DNA of 34,085 bases from an uncultured bacterium (GTDB lineage: Bacteria > Hydrogenedentota > Hydrogenedentia > Hydrogenedentales > JAEUWI01). Location: positions 1 to 34,085 of the forward strand of contig CAXBPH010000045.1 in assembly GCA_963977445.1 (NCBI GenBank). The letters are read 5' to 3'. Every line of letters starts with the position of its first letter. The first letter of the stretch is position 1. The notes below the pieces were generated by a model. The model saw only the letters and a program-made list of their open reading frames with translations, was not told the origin of the DNA and did not search any database. This document shows, in pieces, positions 15,436 through 24,566 of this stretch. The translations under genes and the position numbers were made by a program.

Positions 15436-16857
15436 ATGTTGGCCTCAAATCCCATATTTTCCGGTGCCTTGTTACTCCTCGGTGCAATCCTTTCCGGGGT
15501 AGCACATGCGGACGCGCCCGACACAACCACGCGCAATGCTATGTGCCTTAAACCGCTCCCGTCCAATCCGTTTTACTGGGAATACAAGGGAATGCCCGTC
15601 GTACTCCTCGGTGGATCCGTAGAAGATAACTTGTTCCAGATTTCCGAGCTGGAAGCCCAGTTGGACCTCCTGCAAGCGTCTGGCGGGAACTACATTCGCA
15701 ATACCCTTTCCTCCCGTGACGAAGGAAATGTGTGGATGTTCCAGCAGGGTAGCGACGGAAAATATGATCTGGAACGGCTCAACGAAGACTACTATACCCG
15801 ACTGAAACTCCTACTCGACCTCTGTCTGCAACGGGATATTATTGTCCAATATGAATTGTGGGACCGTTTCGACTATGCGCGAGAGCAATGGCACGGTAAT
15901 CCCTTTCGACCCATTAATAATGTGAACTATACGGTCGAGACCTCGGGCATGAGAAACGAGTATGCCGAACATCCCGGCACCAATCAGAATTCGTTTTTTC
16001 GCTCCATCCCCAAACGGGATAACAACACCGTCCTGCTTCCCTATCAACAGAAGCATATGGACCGGGTACTCGAAATATCTCTCCCCTACCCCAACGTTAT
16101 TTACTGTATGGACAACGAAACGGGGGCCAATCCAGATTGGGGCGCCTATTGGTCAACCTACGTTAAGGAAAAAGCAGCCGCCCTTGGGGTGATTGTGCAG
16201 ACTACAGAAATGTGGGACGACTGGAACCTGCAAGGAGAGCAACACAAAAAGACCCTCGATCATCCGGAACTGTATTCCTTTGTTGATACCTCTCAGAATA
16301 ATCAGCAGAAAGGTCAGCGCCATTGGGATAATTTACAGTGGGTCCGCGCCTATTTGAAGGACGCGCCCCGCCCTGTCAATCATGTGAAGTGCTATGGAGC
16401 CGATGGCGGGCAGTTTGGGAATAGTCAAGATGGTGTGGAGCGCTTCTGGCGCAGCCTGGTGGGCGGCGCGGCGTCTATACGCTTTCATCGGCCAACGACA
16501 GGGCTTGGCCTCAGTGAGCGTGCCCAGCGGAACATAAAGAGCGCTCGCATGTTTGCCGAGGCCTTCGATCTCATGGCCAGTTCGCCCATGACGCGGAAGG
16601 ATGTGGTCGGAAAATTGCTAAACGATGTTGACGACAACGAAGCCCACGTCAGTCGGGGGGAGAACGTGGTCGCCATCTACATGCCTCGTGGGGGGCAGGT
16701 GACATTGCTCTCCGGGGCCTTCGGAGAGATGCCGAAGTTGCGTTGGCTTGATATTGACCGCAGCGCCTGGGGGGAGCCCGTGCTACTCAACGGCAACGAT
16801 CCGGTCATAGAAACACCCGGGAAGGGTCAGTGGTTGGCCTTGGTAGCGTCCCCCTGA
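15436..16857 (+). CDS. Secreted glycoside-hydrolase-like protein (clan GH-A-like barrel plus small C-terminal beta domain)
   Basis: Signal peptide ending GVAHA; YWEYKGMPVVLLGGS, GGNYIR and YCMDNET (NE acid/base-like); C-terminal LRWLDI...W and WLALV. Exact family not assigned. Confidence 0.7.
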   Translation: MLASNPIFSGALLLLGAILSGVAHADAPDTTTRNAMCLKPLPSNPFYWEYKGMPVVLLGGSVEDNLFQISELEAQLDLLQASGGNYIRNTLSSRDEGNVWMFQQGSDGKYDLERLNEDYYTRLKLLLDLCLQRDIIVQYELWDRFDYAREQWHGNPFRPINNVNYTVETSGMRNEYAEHPGTNQNSFFRSIPKRDNNTVLLPYQQKHMDRVLEISLPYPNVIYCMDNETGANPDWGAYWSTYVKEKAAALGVIVQTTEMWDDWNLQGEQHKKTLDHPELYSFVDTSQNNQQKGQRHWDNLQWVRAYLKDAPRPVNHVKCYGADGGQFGNSQDGVERFWRSLVGGAASIRFHRPTTGLGLSERAQRNIKSARMFAEAFDLMASSPMTRKDVVGKLLNDVDDNEAHVSRGENVVAIYMPRGGQVTLLSGAFGEMPKLRWLDIDRSAWGEPVLLNGNDPVIETPGKGQWLALVASP

Positions 16858-16951
16858 GTAGCTGATGGGTTGTTCATCGGTCCAGACCGTGTGGAGCTTC
16901 ATGCCGTGCCCTTTTCGGGGCGCCAGGTAGAGACGACCCAATCATGGGACC

Positions 16952-17308
16952 TTACTTGAGCGGTGGCCCCCAGTCTTCGAAGGTGGGCTCCGGCTCCAGG
17001 GGTCGAAGGGTTACGTAGATATCGTCCCCCTCGATTTTGATCCCATGGCGCCGGAGGCAGACATCACTGCCCCAAAGGCATTCCCCGGTCATGAGATTAT
17101 ACTTCCACCCATGCCAGGGGCACGTGACCACATCGCCCTGCATCTTGCCTTCTGTGAGGTCCGCATGTTCGTGTTTGCAACCGATTTCGGTGGCGAAGAA
17201 GGTGCCATCCTTCCGCTTAATAATACCCACGGGGCGGGCAAGCAGGCGAAATGACTTAATATTCGTTCGTTTGAAATCGTGTACCGAAGCAAGTTTAACG
17301 TATTCCAC
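16952..17308 (-). CDS. Rieske [2Fe-2S] ferredoxin
   Basis: CKHEH...CPWHGWKY Rieske ligand motifs. Confidence 0.93.
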   Translation of the reverse strand: MEYVKLASVHDFKRTNIKSFRLLARPVGIIKRKDGTFFATEIGCKHEHADLTEGKMQGDVVTCPWHGWKYNLMTGECLWGSDVCLRRHGIKIEGDDIYVTLRPLEPEPTFEDWGPPLK

Positions 17309-17436
17309 AGCAGGGTCTTTCAGAGTAAGAGGAATTTTTCACTGATTATACGTGTTCTATACAGTTAACAGCTACTGCCCCTATTTTTAAGCGCCAGTCC
17401 GTTCTGGCCGTGGCTCCCGGGCGGTCCCTGAGTTTT

Positions 17437-17465
17437 TTGCAGGATTCAACGTAATCCGTTATAAT
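17437..17465 (+). promoter_or_regulatory. sigma70 promoter for the DUF1858-iscA unit
   Basis: TTGCAG-N17-TATAAT. Confidence 0.6.
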
Positions 17466-17534
17466 TCAGGAAGATAGCGTGTGTATCGCCTCCGGGCGGG
17501 CCGCTGAAATGTATTCAATGAATCGAGGTGTCGT

Positions 17535-17834
17535 ATGCTCGAAGCACAAGATCAATATTTTCGTCTGGATATGCCCGTGGCCGAGGCCATGGCGCTCCAC
17601 CCCCGTGTCGCAGAGGTATTTGCGGCATTCCACCTGGGGGGCTGTTCCCACTGTGGCGTCGCCCAGTTTGAAACGATTGAACAGGTTTGTATGGGGTATG
17701 GCGTGGATTCCGAGGTCCTCCTGGAAGTTCTGGAAGGCCTCATGGAAAACGACCCCCAGGAGGGCCTGGCTACCAAAACTGCGCCCGACGATGCGGCCGA
17801 AGCTGCCGTAGCCGAAGGCTCCCCGTCCAACTGA
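17535..17834 (+). CDS. DUF1858-like CxxC redox domain protein with an acidic tail
   Basis: DMPVAEAMALHPRVAEVF...GGCSHC...ETIEQVC..YGVD pattern; GAGGT RBS. Confidence 0.8.
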   Translation: MLEAQDQYFRLDMPVAEAMALHPRVAEVFAAFHLGGCSHCGVAQFETIEQVCMGYGVDSEVLLEVLEGLMENDPQEGLATKTAPDDAAEAAVAEGSPSN

Positions 17835-17892
17835 TAGTGCACCCTCCCGTGCCGTGTTCAGGCACTTGGTATCCGATTTAAGGAGGTCTTCA

Positions 17893-18255
17893 ATGACCAC
17901 GACCGAAAACACGATTGAACTGCCCAAAGCCCTGTTACGCGCCACCGATGATGCTATCGCCGCTTTGGGTGATATGCAACGCGGTGAAGAAGGACAGGGT
18001 AAGACAGGGGTGCGTTTGGGCGTGAAAGGTGGCGGTTGCTCGGGCTTCTCCTATGTCCTGGAATTTGACAACGAACACGACGGGGACAACATCCTCGAGC
18101 AAGATGGCGTCAAATTCTATATGGACCGAAAATCTGCCATTTATTTGAAGGGCATCGTCCTGGACTACCGCGCCGGACTCCAAGGCAAAGGGTTTGTGTT
18201 CCAGAACCCCAATGCGACGACCACCTGTGGTTGTGGCGAGTCCTTTTCCGTCTAA
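17893..18255 (+). CDS. iscA: A-type Fe-S carrier (IscA/SufA/ErpA, HesB family)
   Basis: GVKGGGCSGFSY and NPNATTTCGCGESF; AGGAGG RBS. Confidence 0.93.
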   Translation: MTTTENTIELPKALLRATDDAIAALGDMQRGEEGQGKTGVRLGVKGGGCSGFSYVLEFDNEHDGDNILEQDGVKFYMDRKSAIYLKGIVLDYRAGLQGKGFVFQNPNATTTCGCGESFSV

Positions 18256-18368
18256 TTGGGTTTGCCCCGATCTTTTTCGTTCAGGTCCCCCCTCTTTTCT
18301 TCGGAAGTCTTCCAAGGCCCTCCGTGTCTCTTTTTCACCTTCCTCTTGTGTTTTCAGGGTAAACTTTC

Positions 18369-20099
18369 ATGGCCATATTACGAGAAATAAAGGCCGTACG
18401 CGAAAATGTCGGCCTGTGGATGCGAGACGACTATACGGTCCTCCAATTTTCAGGAAAAGACGCGGGCTCCTGGCTTCATTCCCAGACCACCAACGACGTG
18501 AAGGGCCTTCGCTCCGGTGCGGGCAATCTCCAGGCCATTCTTGATCGACAGGGACGGGTCCAGGCCTTTTTTTCGCTCCATCGCTGGGAAGAGGAATTCT
18601 GGGCGATCATCGAAAAGAAGCAACTGCCTGCCTTACTGGCCCGTGTCGAGTCCCATCTCATCCTCGAAGATGTTACGGTGGAGGAAGTCGGGCGGGATAC
18701 CCCCCAGGTGCTCCTGGAAGGCCCCCGAGCCGTCGTCCTACTGGCAAACCAGCATGGCGATCCCCTCGAGGCGGCTCAGGGTCTGCCGAGCGAAGCCTTC
18801 GCCTTCAGCCCCATACGTATTCTCGACCATGACGTGCTTATTTTTCGAGAGGGCGAATCGGGTGAAGATGGTTTTCTGCTACTCCCTGGTCCGGGCGAAT
18901 CCGAACTGCTTTTCGAGAAACTCGAAGATGTCGGTATCGATTTCGGTATTATCGCCGTAAGTGAAGCGGCCCGCTCGACACTGATCCTGGAATCAGGATT
19001 CCCCCGTTGGCAGGAGGGCATCGACGAAACCCGCATCGTGTCCGAGACACCCCTGGCCCAGCCCGCCGTCAGTTATGAAAAGGGGTGCTACCTCGGCCAG
19101 GAGGTCGTTGCCCGACTAAAGGCCTATGGGAGCCCAAAGCAGCAACTGGTCGCCTTGCTCATTGCAGATGATGGGGCGGTCATGCCGGATAGTGGCTCCA
19201 CCCTGCTGGAAGGGGAAAAGAAAGTGGGCTTGCTGGTCCGTTGCGCCTTCTCCCCCACGTGTGACACCTGGTTGGCCTGGGCCTATATGGACCGGGATCA
19301 TCGGGTATCGGAGGCCACCTATCAACTTGGCGTTGAGGGGCGCACCGAGGTGCTGTCGGCGACTGTGGCCCATTTGCCGGCCTTTCAGGCCCCAACCCGC
19401 CGGGAAAATGCGGTCCGATATTATGACGAAGCCCTGGGCCATTTCGAAGCCGACCACGATGACGAAAACAACACGGCCATAGAAATTCTCATGGAAGCCT
19501 TGCTCTTGGCTCCTGACTTTGAGGATGCCTATGAAGCCCTCGGGGTAATTCTCCATCGTCACCATCGCGTTGACGAAGCGATTCTCTTCATGAAGAAGCT
19601 GGCCAGCCTCAATCCCAATTGCGTCATGGCCCACACCAATTTGTCGGTCTTTTATATGAGTCAGGGGCTCATACAGGAGGCGGAAGACGAAAAGGCGATG
19701 GCCAACCAACTGGAATTTAAGCAGACCCTCGATGCCCGTCAGGCAGAGAAGGCCGCGAAGCAGGAGCGGGAGCGTCTCAAGGCCGAAGCAGAAGGCCGCA
19801 TCGCCATGTTCCTGGAAGTGCTGGAGATTGACCCCGAAGATCCGGTCGCTACTATGGGGCTCGGACAGGCCTACATGCAGTTGGAGCGCCATGGGGATGC
19901 CATCCCGTATCTGGAGACGGCCACCCACGTGCAGAAAGACTTCTCAGCGGCCTTCCTTAATCTCGGCAAGTGCCACGAGTTTCTCGGGAATTCGGAAGCG
20001 GCACGCAGTACCTATAAAAAGGGTATTGAAGTGGCGGGCCGAAAAGGCGATCTGATGCCCATGCGGGAAATGGAACGGCGTCTGAAGCAACTGAAGTAG
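18369..20099 (+). CDS. ygfZ: YgfZ/IBA57-family folate-binding Fe-S maturation protein fused to a C-terminal TPR region
   Basis: SGKDA..WLHSQTTNDV and signature KGCYLGQEVVAR; the last ~230 aa are TPR-like (AYEALGVIL, AHTNLS, AFLNLGKC). Confidence 0.9.
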   Translation: MAILREIKAVRENVGLWMRDDYTVLQFSGKDAGSWLHSQTTNDVKGLRSGAGNLQAILDRQGRVQAFFSLHRWEEEFWAIIEKKQLPALLARVESHLILEDVTVEEVGRDTPQVLLEGPRAVVLLANQHGDPLEAAQGLPSEAFAFSPIRILDHDVLIFREGESGEDGFLLLPGPGESELLFEKLEDVGIDFGIIAVSEAARSTLILESGFPRWQEGIDETRIVSETPLAQPAVSYEKGCYLGQEVVARLKAYGSPKQQLVALLIADDGAVMPDSGSTLLEGEKKVGLLVRCAFSPTCDTWLAWAYMDRDHRVSEATYQLGVEGRTEVLSATVAHLPAFQAPTRRENAVRYYDEALGHFEADHDDENNTAIEILMEALLLAPDFEDAYEALGVILHRHHRVDEAILFMKKLASLNPNCVMAHTNLSVFYMSQGLIQEAEDEKAMANQLEFKQTLDARQAEKAAKQERERLKAEAEGRIAMFLEVLEIDPEDPVATMGLGQAYMQLERHGDAIPYLETATHVQKDFSAAFLNLGKCHEFLGNSEAARSTYKKGIEVAGRKGDLMPMREMERRLKQLK

Positions 20100-20125
20100 C
20101 CCCGCTTCAGACAATGAAAAACCGA

Positions 20126-20233
20126 TTACAGGTCCGTCCGAAATGCGGCCATAATTCGCCGCATGCCCTCACCCAGAATACGCAACGCCATGTCTATCGC
20201 GGATTGGGTTGTATCTGAAATGGCTTCAATCAT
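20126..20233 (-). CDS. Candidate 35-aa small protein
   Basis: GAGGA-AGACC-ATG opens MIEAISDTTQSAIDMALRILGEGMRRIMAAFRTDL*; AT-rich upstream region; below the ORF-track cut-off. Confidence 0.5.
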   Translation of the reverse strand: MIEAISDTTQSAIDMALRILGEGMRRIMAAFRTDL

Positions 20234-20535
20234 GGTCTTCCTCAAGTCCAATGTTGCAACACGCGGCTTCCTATAGCAATACCGGTGTGCTCATTTAATG
20301 TTACACCCTGTTTATACCGATACTATGCACATAGGTTTCATTAATTATTGGACGCGTGGAGGAAGGGTTTATTCACACCGAATACCTCGGTATGAGAATT
20401 GGGGGAAATGAGGCGCGCATTTCGTCCGGCGGGGATGCGCACGGGGTTGCACAATCCGCGTGTTGCGCTCAGCGCGTTGGCCGCGAAAACGTACCCGCTT
20501 CAACCGGGAACGAACGGCAAAACCAGGTTGTGGAC

Positions 20536-21540
20536 CTATTTAAGGACAAAGTCTTCTGGCTTCATGCCCGTCGTATGCTTGCTGAAGCCAAAGGGGGTTG
20601 GTGCGTAGTCGCCGACGACAGTTACGTTTGCCCGCGCCGGAATCTTATCTTCCAGGCCAACGCCCCAATAGGTCGCGTTGACGAGAAGACGCCGGAGCCC
20701 TTCACTGAGAAGGTCTTGGGAGGCCCCCATGGTCGTTGTAAATACACGGCCTGTTTTTCCTGAATCCCCGGTCCAGGTCTTTATCCAGGCAATCGGATGT
20801 TTCTCCGTTTTTTCCTTTTGGGCGGGGTCGTCGTGATTCATGCCCGTCAACACGATACCCCGGACCAGGGGCTGGCTATCGCCCGTCAGTGAATTGATGC
20901 CGTAGACATCCGTTGGTCCCCAGATATCGTCACAGCCCTGAAGTATGGGGTGGTCTTGCATCTCGGGAGCGATTTCCCCCCGCGTGCTCTCTACACCGTG
21001 GTGCCCATAGTGGCTTACCCAGGTTTCTCCGAGGATCTGGCGACCAAAACCGCCCGTGAATGCCGCGTCCGGATTGTTCCAGGTGTGCTTTGCATAAGGG
21101 CTATCGAGGTTCTTGAGGTAATTGAAGGGGTGGGTTGCCGTGCGTAACGCTATCATGGGCTTACCTGCGTTGGCGAAGTCCACAATATGCTTCATCTGTT
21201 CGTCGGGCAGCTCACGAAACCGGGTGAAGAGCACCATGAGATCGGCACCGTCGAGGGCTTCGAGCCCCGGAATGTTGTCGAGAGTTTCCGGGTCGATCTC
21301 CCCTGTTTTCTTGTTGATAGCGAAGAGGACCGTGCAGGTGAACCCGTGGTGTACGGCGAGAATCTTCGCCAACTGGGGCATACCCTCTTCAGACCGGTAC
21401 TCCTCGTCGCCGGTAACGAAAACGATATGTTTCCCCACGCCGGGACCCTCCGTACCGGTATAGGTGACACCAGCGGCCCAAGTGGTGGCCCCGGTAAGCA
21501 ATGAAACAAGCGACAACGCAGCAATACAGATGAATTTCAT
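20536..21540 (-). CDS. Secreted ThuA-like (class I GATase-like) domain protein
   Basis: Signal peptide; HIVFVTGDEEYRSEE, ALRTATHPF, HPILQG and GRVFTTTMGA. Confidence 0.85.
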   Translation of the reverse strand: MKFICIAALSLVSLLTGATTWAAGVTYTGTEGPGVGKHIVFVTGDEEYRSEEGMPQLAKILAVHHGFTCTVLFAINKKTGEIDPETLDNIPGLEALDGADLMVLFTRFRELPDEQMKHIVDFANAGKPMIALRTATHPFNYLKNLDSPYAKHTWNNPDAAFTGGFGRQILGETWVSHYGHHGVESTRGEIAPEMQDHPILQGCDDIWGPTDVYGINSLTGDSQPLVRGIVLTGMNHDDPAQKEKTEKHPIAWIKTWTGDSGKTGRVFTTTMGASQDLLSEGLRRLLVNATYWGVGLEDKIPARANVTVVGDYAPTPFGFSKHTTGMKPEDFVLK

Positions 21541-21594
21541 GGGGTTTGGCTCTCCGTGTATTTCAAAAGTTACCCGGCCGAAATCGGCTATTCT

Positions 21595-21915
21595 CTATTT
21601 ACGTTTGCGCAGCTTTTTTATCCGGCTATAGGCCTCGTTCAGGGCCCGCATGGTATCGCCGTCGCCACCCCGATCGGGATGGTGGACTTTCGCCTTGCTG
21701 CGATAGGCCTTTTCGATTTCTTCCCACGTTGCAGAGGGTGTGATTCCCAGCATGCGGTAACACATGTCCAGTTCGCCGCTACCGCCGGCGGGCCCGTCAT
21801 CAAAGCGCTCGCCCCGTAGTTCCCGCAGTCCCCGCATTATCACGGGCCACAGTCCTGTCGCACTGAGAATGACGATCAGGATAGCGAGTATTATGAATTC
21901 TCTAGGTCCAATCAT
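21595..21915 (-). CDS. Membrane-anchored J-domain (DnaJ-like) protein
   Basis: N-terminal TM helix, then YRMLGI...EIEKAYRSKAKVHHPDRGG...LNEAY with the HPD motif. Confidence 0.9.
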   Translation of the reverse strand: MIGPREFIILAILIVILSATGLWPVIMRGLRELRGERFDDGPAGGSGELDMCYRMLGITPSATWEEIEKAYRSKAKVHHPDRGGDGDTMRALNEAYSRIKKLRKRK

Positions 21916-21982
21916 AAAGGGTCTTCGATGTGTTGGGTGGTTAATTTGGCTAACGTCAAGGAACAAGTCAAGTGAGGCGCAC

Positions 21983-22747
21983 CTATCGCCGCTTGCGATC
22001 GTCAAATTTGAATATATTATCCACGGCTTCGCCCACCTTGGTATCCTTTTTCTTGCCCCGGCTTTCTTTGCGGCGTTCTCGCTGAAAATTGATTACCATG
22101 GGCAGGGCTTTCATATAGAGGAAGCCCATGGCCATACCGCCCAGATGGGTTTCCCCGGAAATGTTGGAGCCACTTCGAATATAGATAACGTTAATAACAA
22201 AAGCGATGATAACGAGGGCACGGGCATTGACGGGAAAGGGCAAGGGAAAGAGGAAGAGTTGTCGCTCTGGCTCTACCATGGCAAAAGCCACCAATACGCC
22301 CATGACGGCACCACTGGCGCCGACGACTATCGGTGCCGGCCCCGTTGAGAGCATGTACGGGAAAAATGCGGCGAGAACCCCTCCCGCCCCGCAGAATAGG
22401 TAAAAACGGAAAAAAGAACGGGTACCTAGCACTCGTTCCACATCAGGCCCGAAAAAGAAGAGCCACATCATGTTAAAAAACAGGTGCATGAGTCCGCTGT
22501 GAATGAACTGGTAGCTGAAGGGCATCCAGAACCAGCCGTGGAGAAAACGGTCGGGCTGAAAGCCCAGCCAGGCATTCAGCCCCCCCCCAGGCAAGGGTGC
22601 CCGAATGCCAATGGCAACCAGAAAGGGATCGGAAGCCAGTTGTAGTGCAAATATGATGATATTAGCCAGAATCAGGCGCTGGACAGCCCAGGTGATCCGG
22701 GGACTCCCGAAACCCGCAGGCTCCGAGTTAAAGCTGTATCGATTCAT
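21983..22747 (-). CDS. Rhomboid intramembrane serine protease
   Basis: HLFFNM, GASG (catalytic Ser) and HLGG (catalytic His); multiple TM segments. Confidence 0.93.
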   Translation of the reverse strand: MNRYSFNSEPAGFGSPRITWAVQRLILANIIIFALQLASDPFLVAIGIRAPLPGGGLNAWLGFQPDRFLHGWFWMPFSYQFIHSGLMHLFFNMMWLFFFGPDVERVLGTRSFFRFYLFCGAGGVLAAFFPYMLSTGPAPIVVGASGAVMGVLVAFAMVEPERQLFLFPLPFPVNARALVIIAFVINVIYIRSGSNISGETHLGGMAMGFLYMKALPMVINFQRERRKESRGKKKDTKVGEAVDNIFKFDDRKRR

Positions 22748-22875
22748 GAAAATCTCTGGTTGTTGCCCGTCTCTTGGGGAATTTCGGAATTTCGGGGGAA
22801 AGAGACGTCCCTGGCACGACCTGGTGCCACCGTGCGACATTGTAACCCATGGGTGGCAATGGTTGCTATGACACC

Positions 22876-23430
22876 CTACTGCCCCAGGCTATTGGTGAGC
22901 GGATAGGTCGCTACGGTCCCAAACCGTTCATAAGGGTAATAGATAAATCGCACGCGCCCCACGATAATGTCGGTGGAAAAGGTCTCCAGGGCATCGTGGC
23001 TATCGGCGCTGTTGTTTCTGTTGTCGCCCAGGACAAACACCTGGCCTTCGGGGACGACAGCGGCCTTGAGAATTTCATACTGCATAGGCTCGGCAAGATA
23101 GGGCTCCGAAGCATACTCCCCATTGAGGAAGAGGGCCCCACGGTGAACCTCAATACGGTCGCCAGCTATGCCCACGATGCGTTTCACGAAGTACTCACCC
23201 GCCGATTTGGGCTCACGGAGGACAACAATGCTGCCACGGGTGTACTTAGATTCCGACATCGTGACGATTTGGTCTACCGGATAGAGCGTCGGTTCCATGG
23301 AGGAAGACGGAATCCGGAAAAAACGCGCCTCACGGTAGGCAAAAAAGTACCCACCTAAGACAACGAGAATCAACAAGGCAACGTTGCCTGCGGTCTTTCC
23401 GAAAAGCATTTCACGTAAATTATTTTTCAT
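22876..23430 (-). CDS. lepB: Signal peptidase I
   Basis: PSSSMEPTL, VKRIVG and LGDNRNNSADS. Confidence 0.95.
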   Translation of the reverse strand: MKNNLREMLFGKTAGNVALLILVVLGGYFFAYREARFFRIPSSSMEPTLYPVDQIVTMSESKYTRGSIVVLREPKSAGEYFVKRIVGIAGDRIEVHRGALFLNGEYASEPYLAEPMQYEILKAAVVPEGQVFVLGDNRNNSADSHDALETFSTDIIVGRVRFIYYPYERFGTVATYPLTNSLGQ

Positions 23431-23494
23431 CAGGAATTCGGATCCCCAGCCTGCTCAATGGCAATGATACGGGTTCAAATGTGACAGGAGGCCG

Positions 23495-24475
23495 TCAGGT
23501 ATCCTTGAGCTCATTAATCAGGCGACGGACGACATCACTGTGTGGCATAATCTTCAGGGCCTCTTCAAAACAGGCAAGGGCCTCTTTCTTTTTGCCCATG
23601 TTTTTCCACATGCGTCCCTCGTTAAGCCAGGTGAAGAAAGTTTTTACATTATCTGGCGCGTGTTCACGCGCTGCCTGCCAGGCCTGGGCGGCATCTTTCC
23701 AATCGGCTTTGACACCGAAATTCTCTGCAGCCATGAAATTTACCGCATAATCTTCCAGCAGCTGGTAATCGTCGGGAGCCGTCTTGATTGCGCGCTTGGA
23801 AAGCTTCATCGCCTCCTTGTAGACCCGTTTTGAGTTCCATCCCCGGTGCTTCTCAATTTGAGGTCCGTAAATAAGATAATTCTGGGCCAAATTGAAGTTA
23901 AAATCCGCGTTGTCCGGCTCCAGCTCGAGGGCCTTATCCATATTCTGGAAGCCCAGGGGATAGCGCCCGCAATGGAAATAATACATGCCCAGATTGTTAA
24001 AGGGCTCGGCAAAGTCGCTGTCAATGGCGGTGGCCATGTGCCACTCTTTCACCGCATCGTCCTGACGACCCAGATTGTCGTAAAAGACATTTCCCCGAAA
24101 GTTGCGCACTCTGGCATTTTCCGCGTAGTGCTGCAGTCCAACGTCACACAACGTCCCGAGCTTGGCCAGGCAATCTCTGAGCTCCGTTTGAAGTTGTGTT
24201 GCCACTTCCGGCGTGAGCCCACCGCCACGCAGGCGGTTGTCCAGATCGTTAAGACGGATTACTTCTTCGTCGCCCAAACTCTCCAGTTTGTTCACGAAGG
24301 CCTCTTCCTCTCCACTTAACGCTTCCAGGGGGGCCACAAAGGCCGCCATAGGGACTGCAACCTCTTGCGGAGGGGCAGCTTCCGTCAGGGCCTGCGCCAA
24401 CGCCTTATTGAAGGGTGAACCCCCAAGGGCGATGAGCGCCACGAGCGCAATGGAGAACGGGATTCTTTTCGACAT
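23495..24475 (-). CDS. Exported tetratricopeptide-repeat protein
   Basis: Signal-like N-terminus; TPR patterns PFNNLGMYY, KALELEPDNA and FEEALKIMP. The start could be GTG 24502. Confidence 0.85.
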   Translation of the reverse strand: MSKRIPFSIALVALIALGGSPFNKALAQALTEAAPPQEVAVPMAAFVAPLEALSGEEEAFVNKLESLGDEEVIRLNDLDNRLRGGGLTPEVATQLQTELRDCLAKLGTLCDVGLQHYAENARVRNFRGNVFYDNLGRQDDAVKEWHMATAIDSDFAEPFNNLGMYYFHCGRYPLGFQNMDKALELEPDNADFNFNLAQNYLIYGPQIEKHRGWNSKRVYKEAMKLSKRAIKTAPDDYQLLEDYAVNFMAAENFGVKADWKDAAQAWQAAREHAPDNVKTFFTWLNEGRMWKNMGKKKEALACFEEALKIMPHSDVVRRLINELKDT

Positions 24476-24566
24476 GCAGGGGTTCCTCTTTTTAGATGCC
24501 ACACGTTACATCCGCATAGTAGCATAAGAACGGTATCAGTGCATTCCGGGAGCGTGGCAGTTGAGG

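Noticed and set aside
20356..20763. 135-aa plus-strand ORF in the ygfZ-ThuA gap
   Set aside because: It overlaps the ThuA gene antisense and has no RBS or recognisable features.
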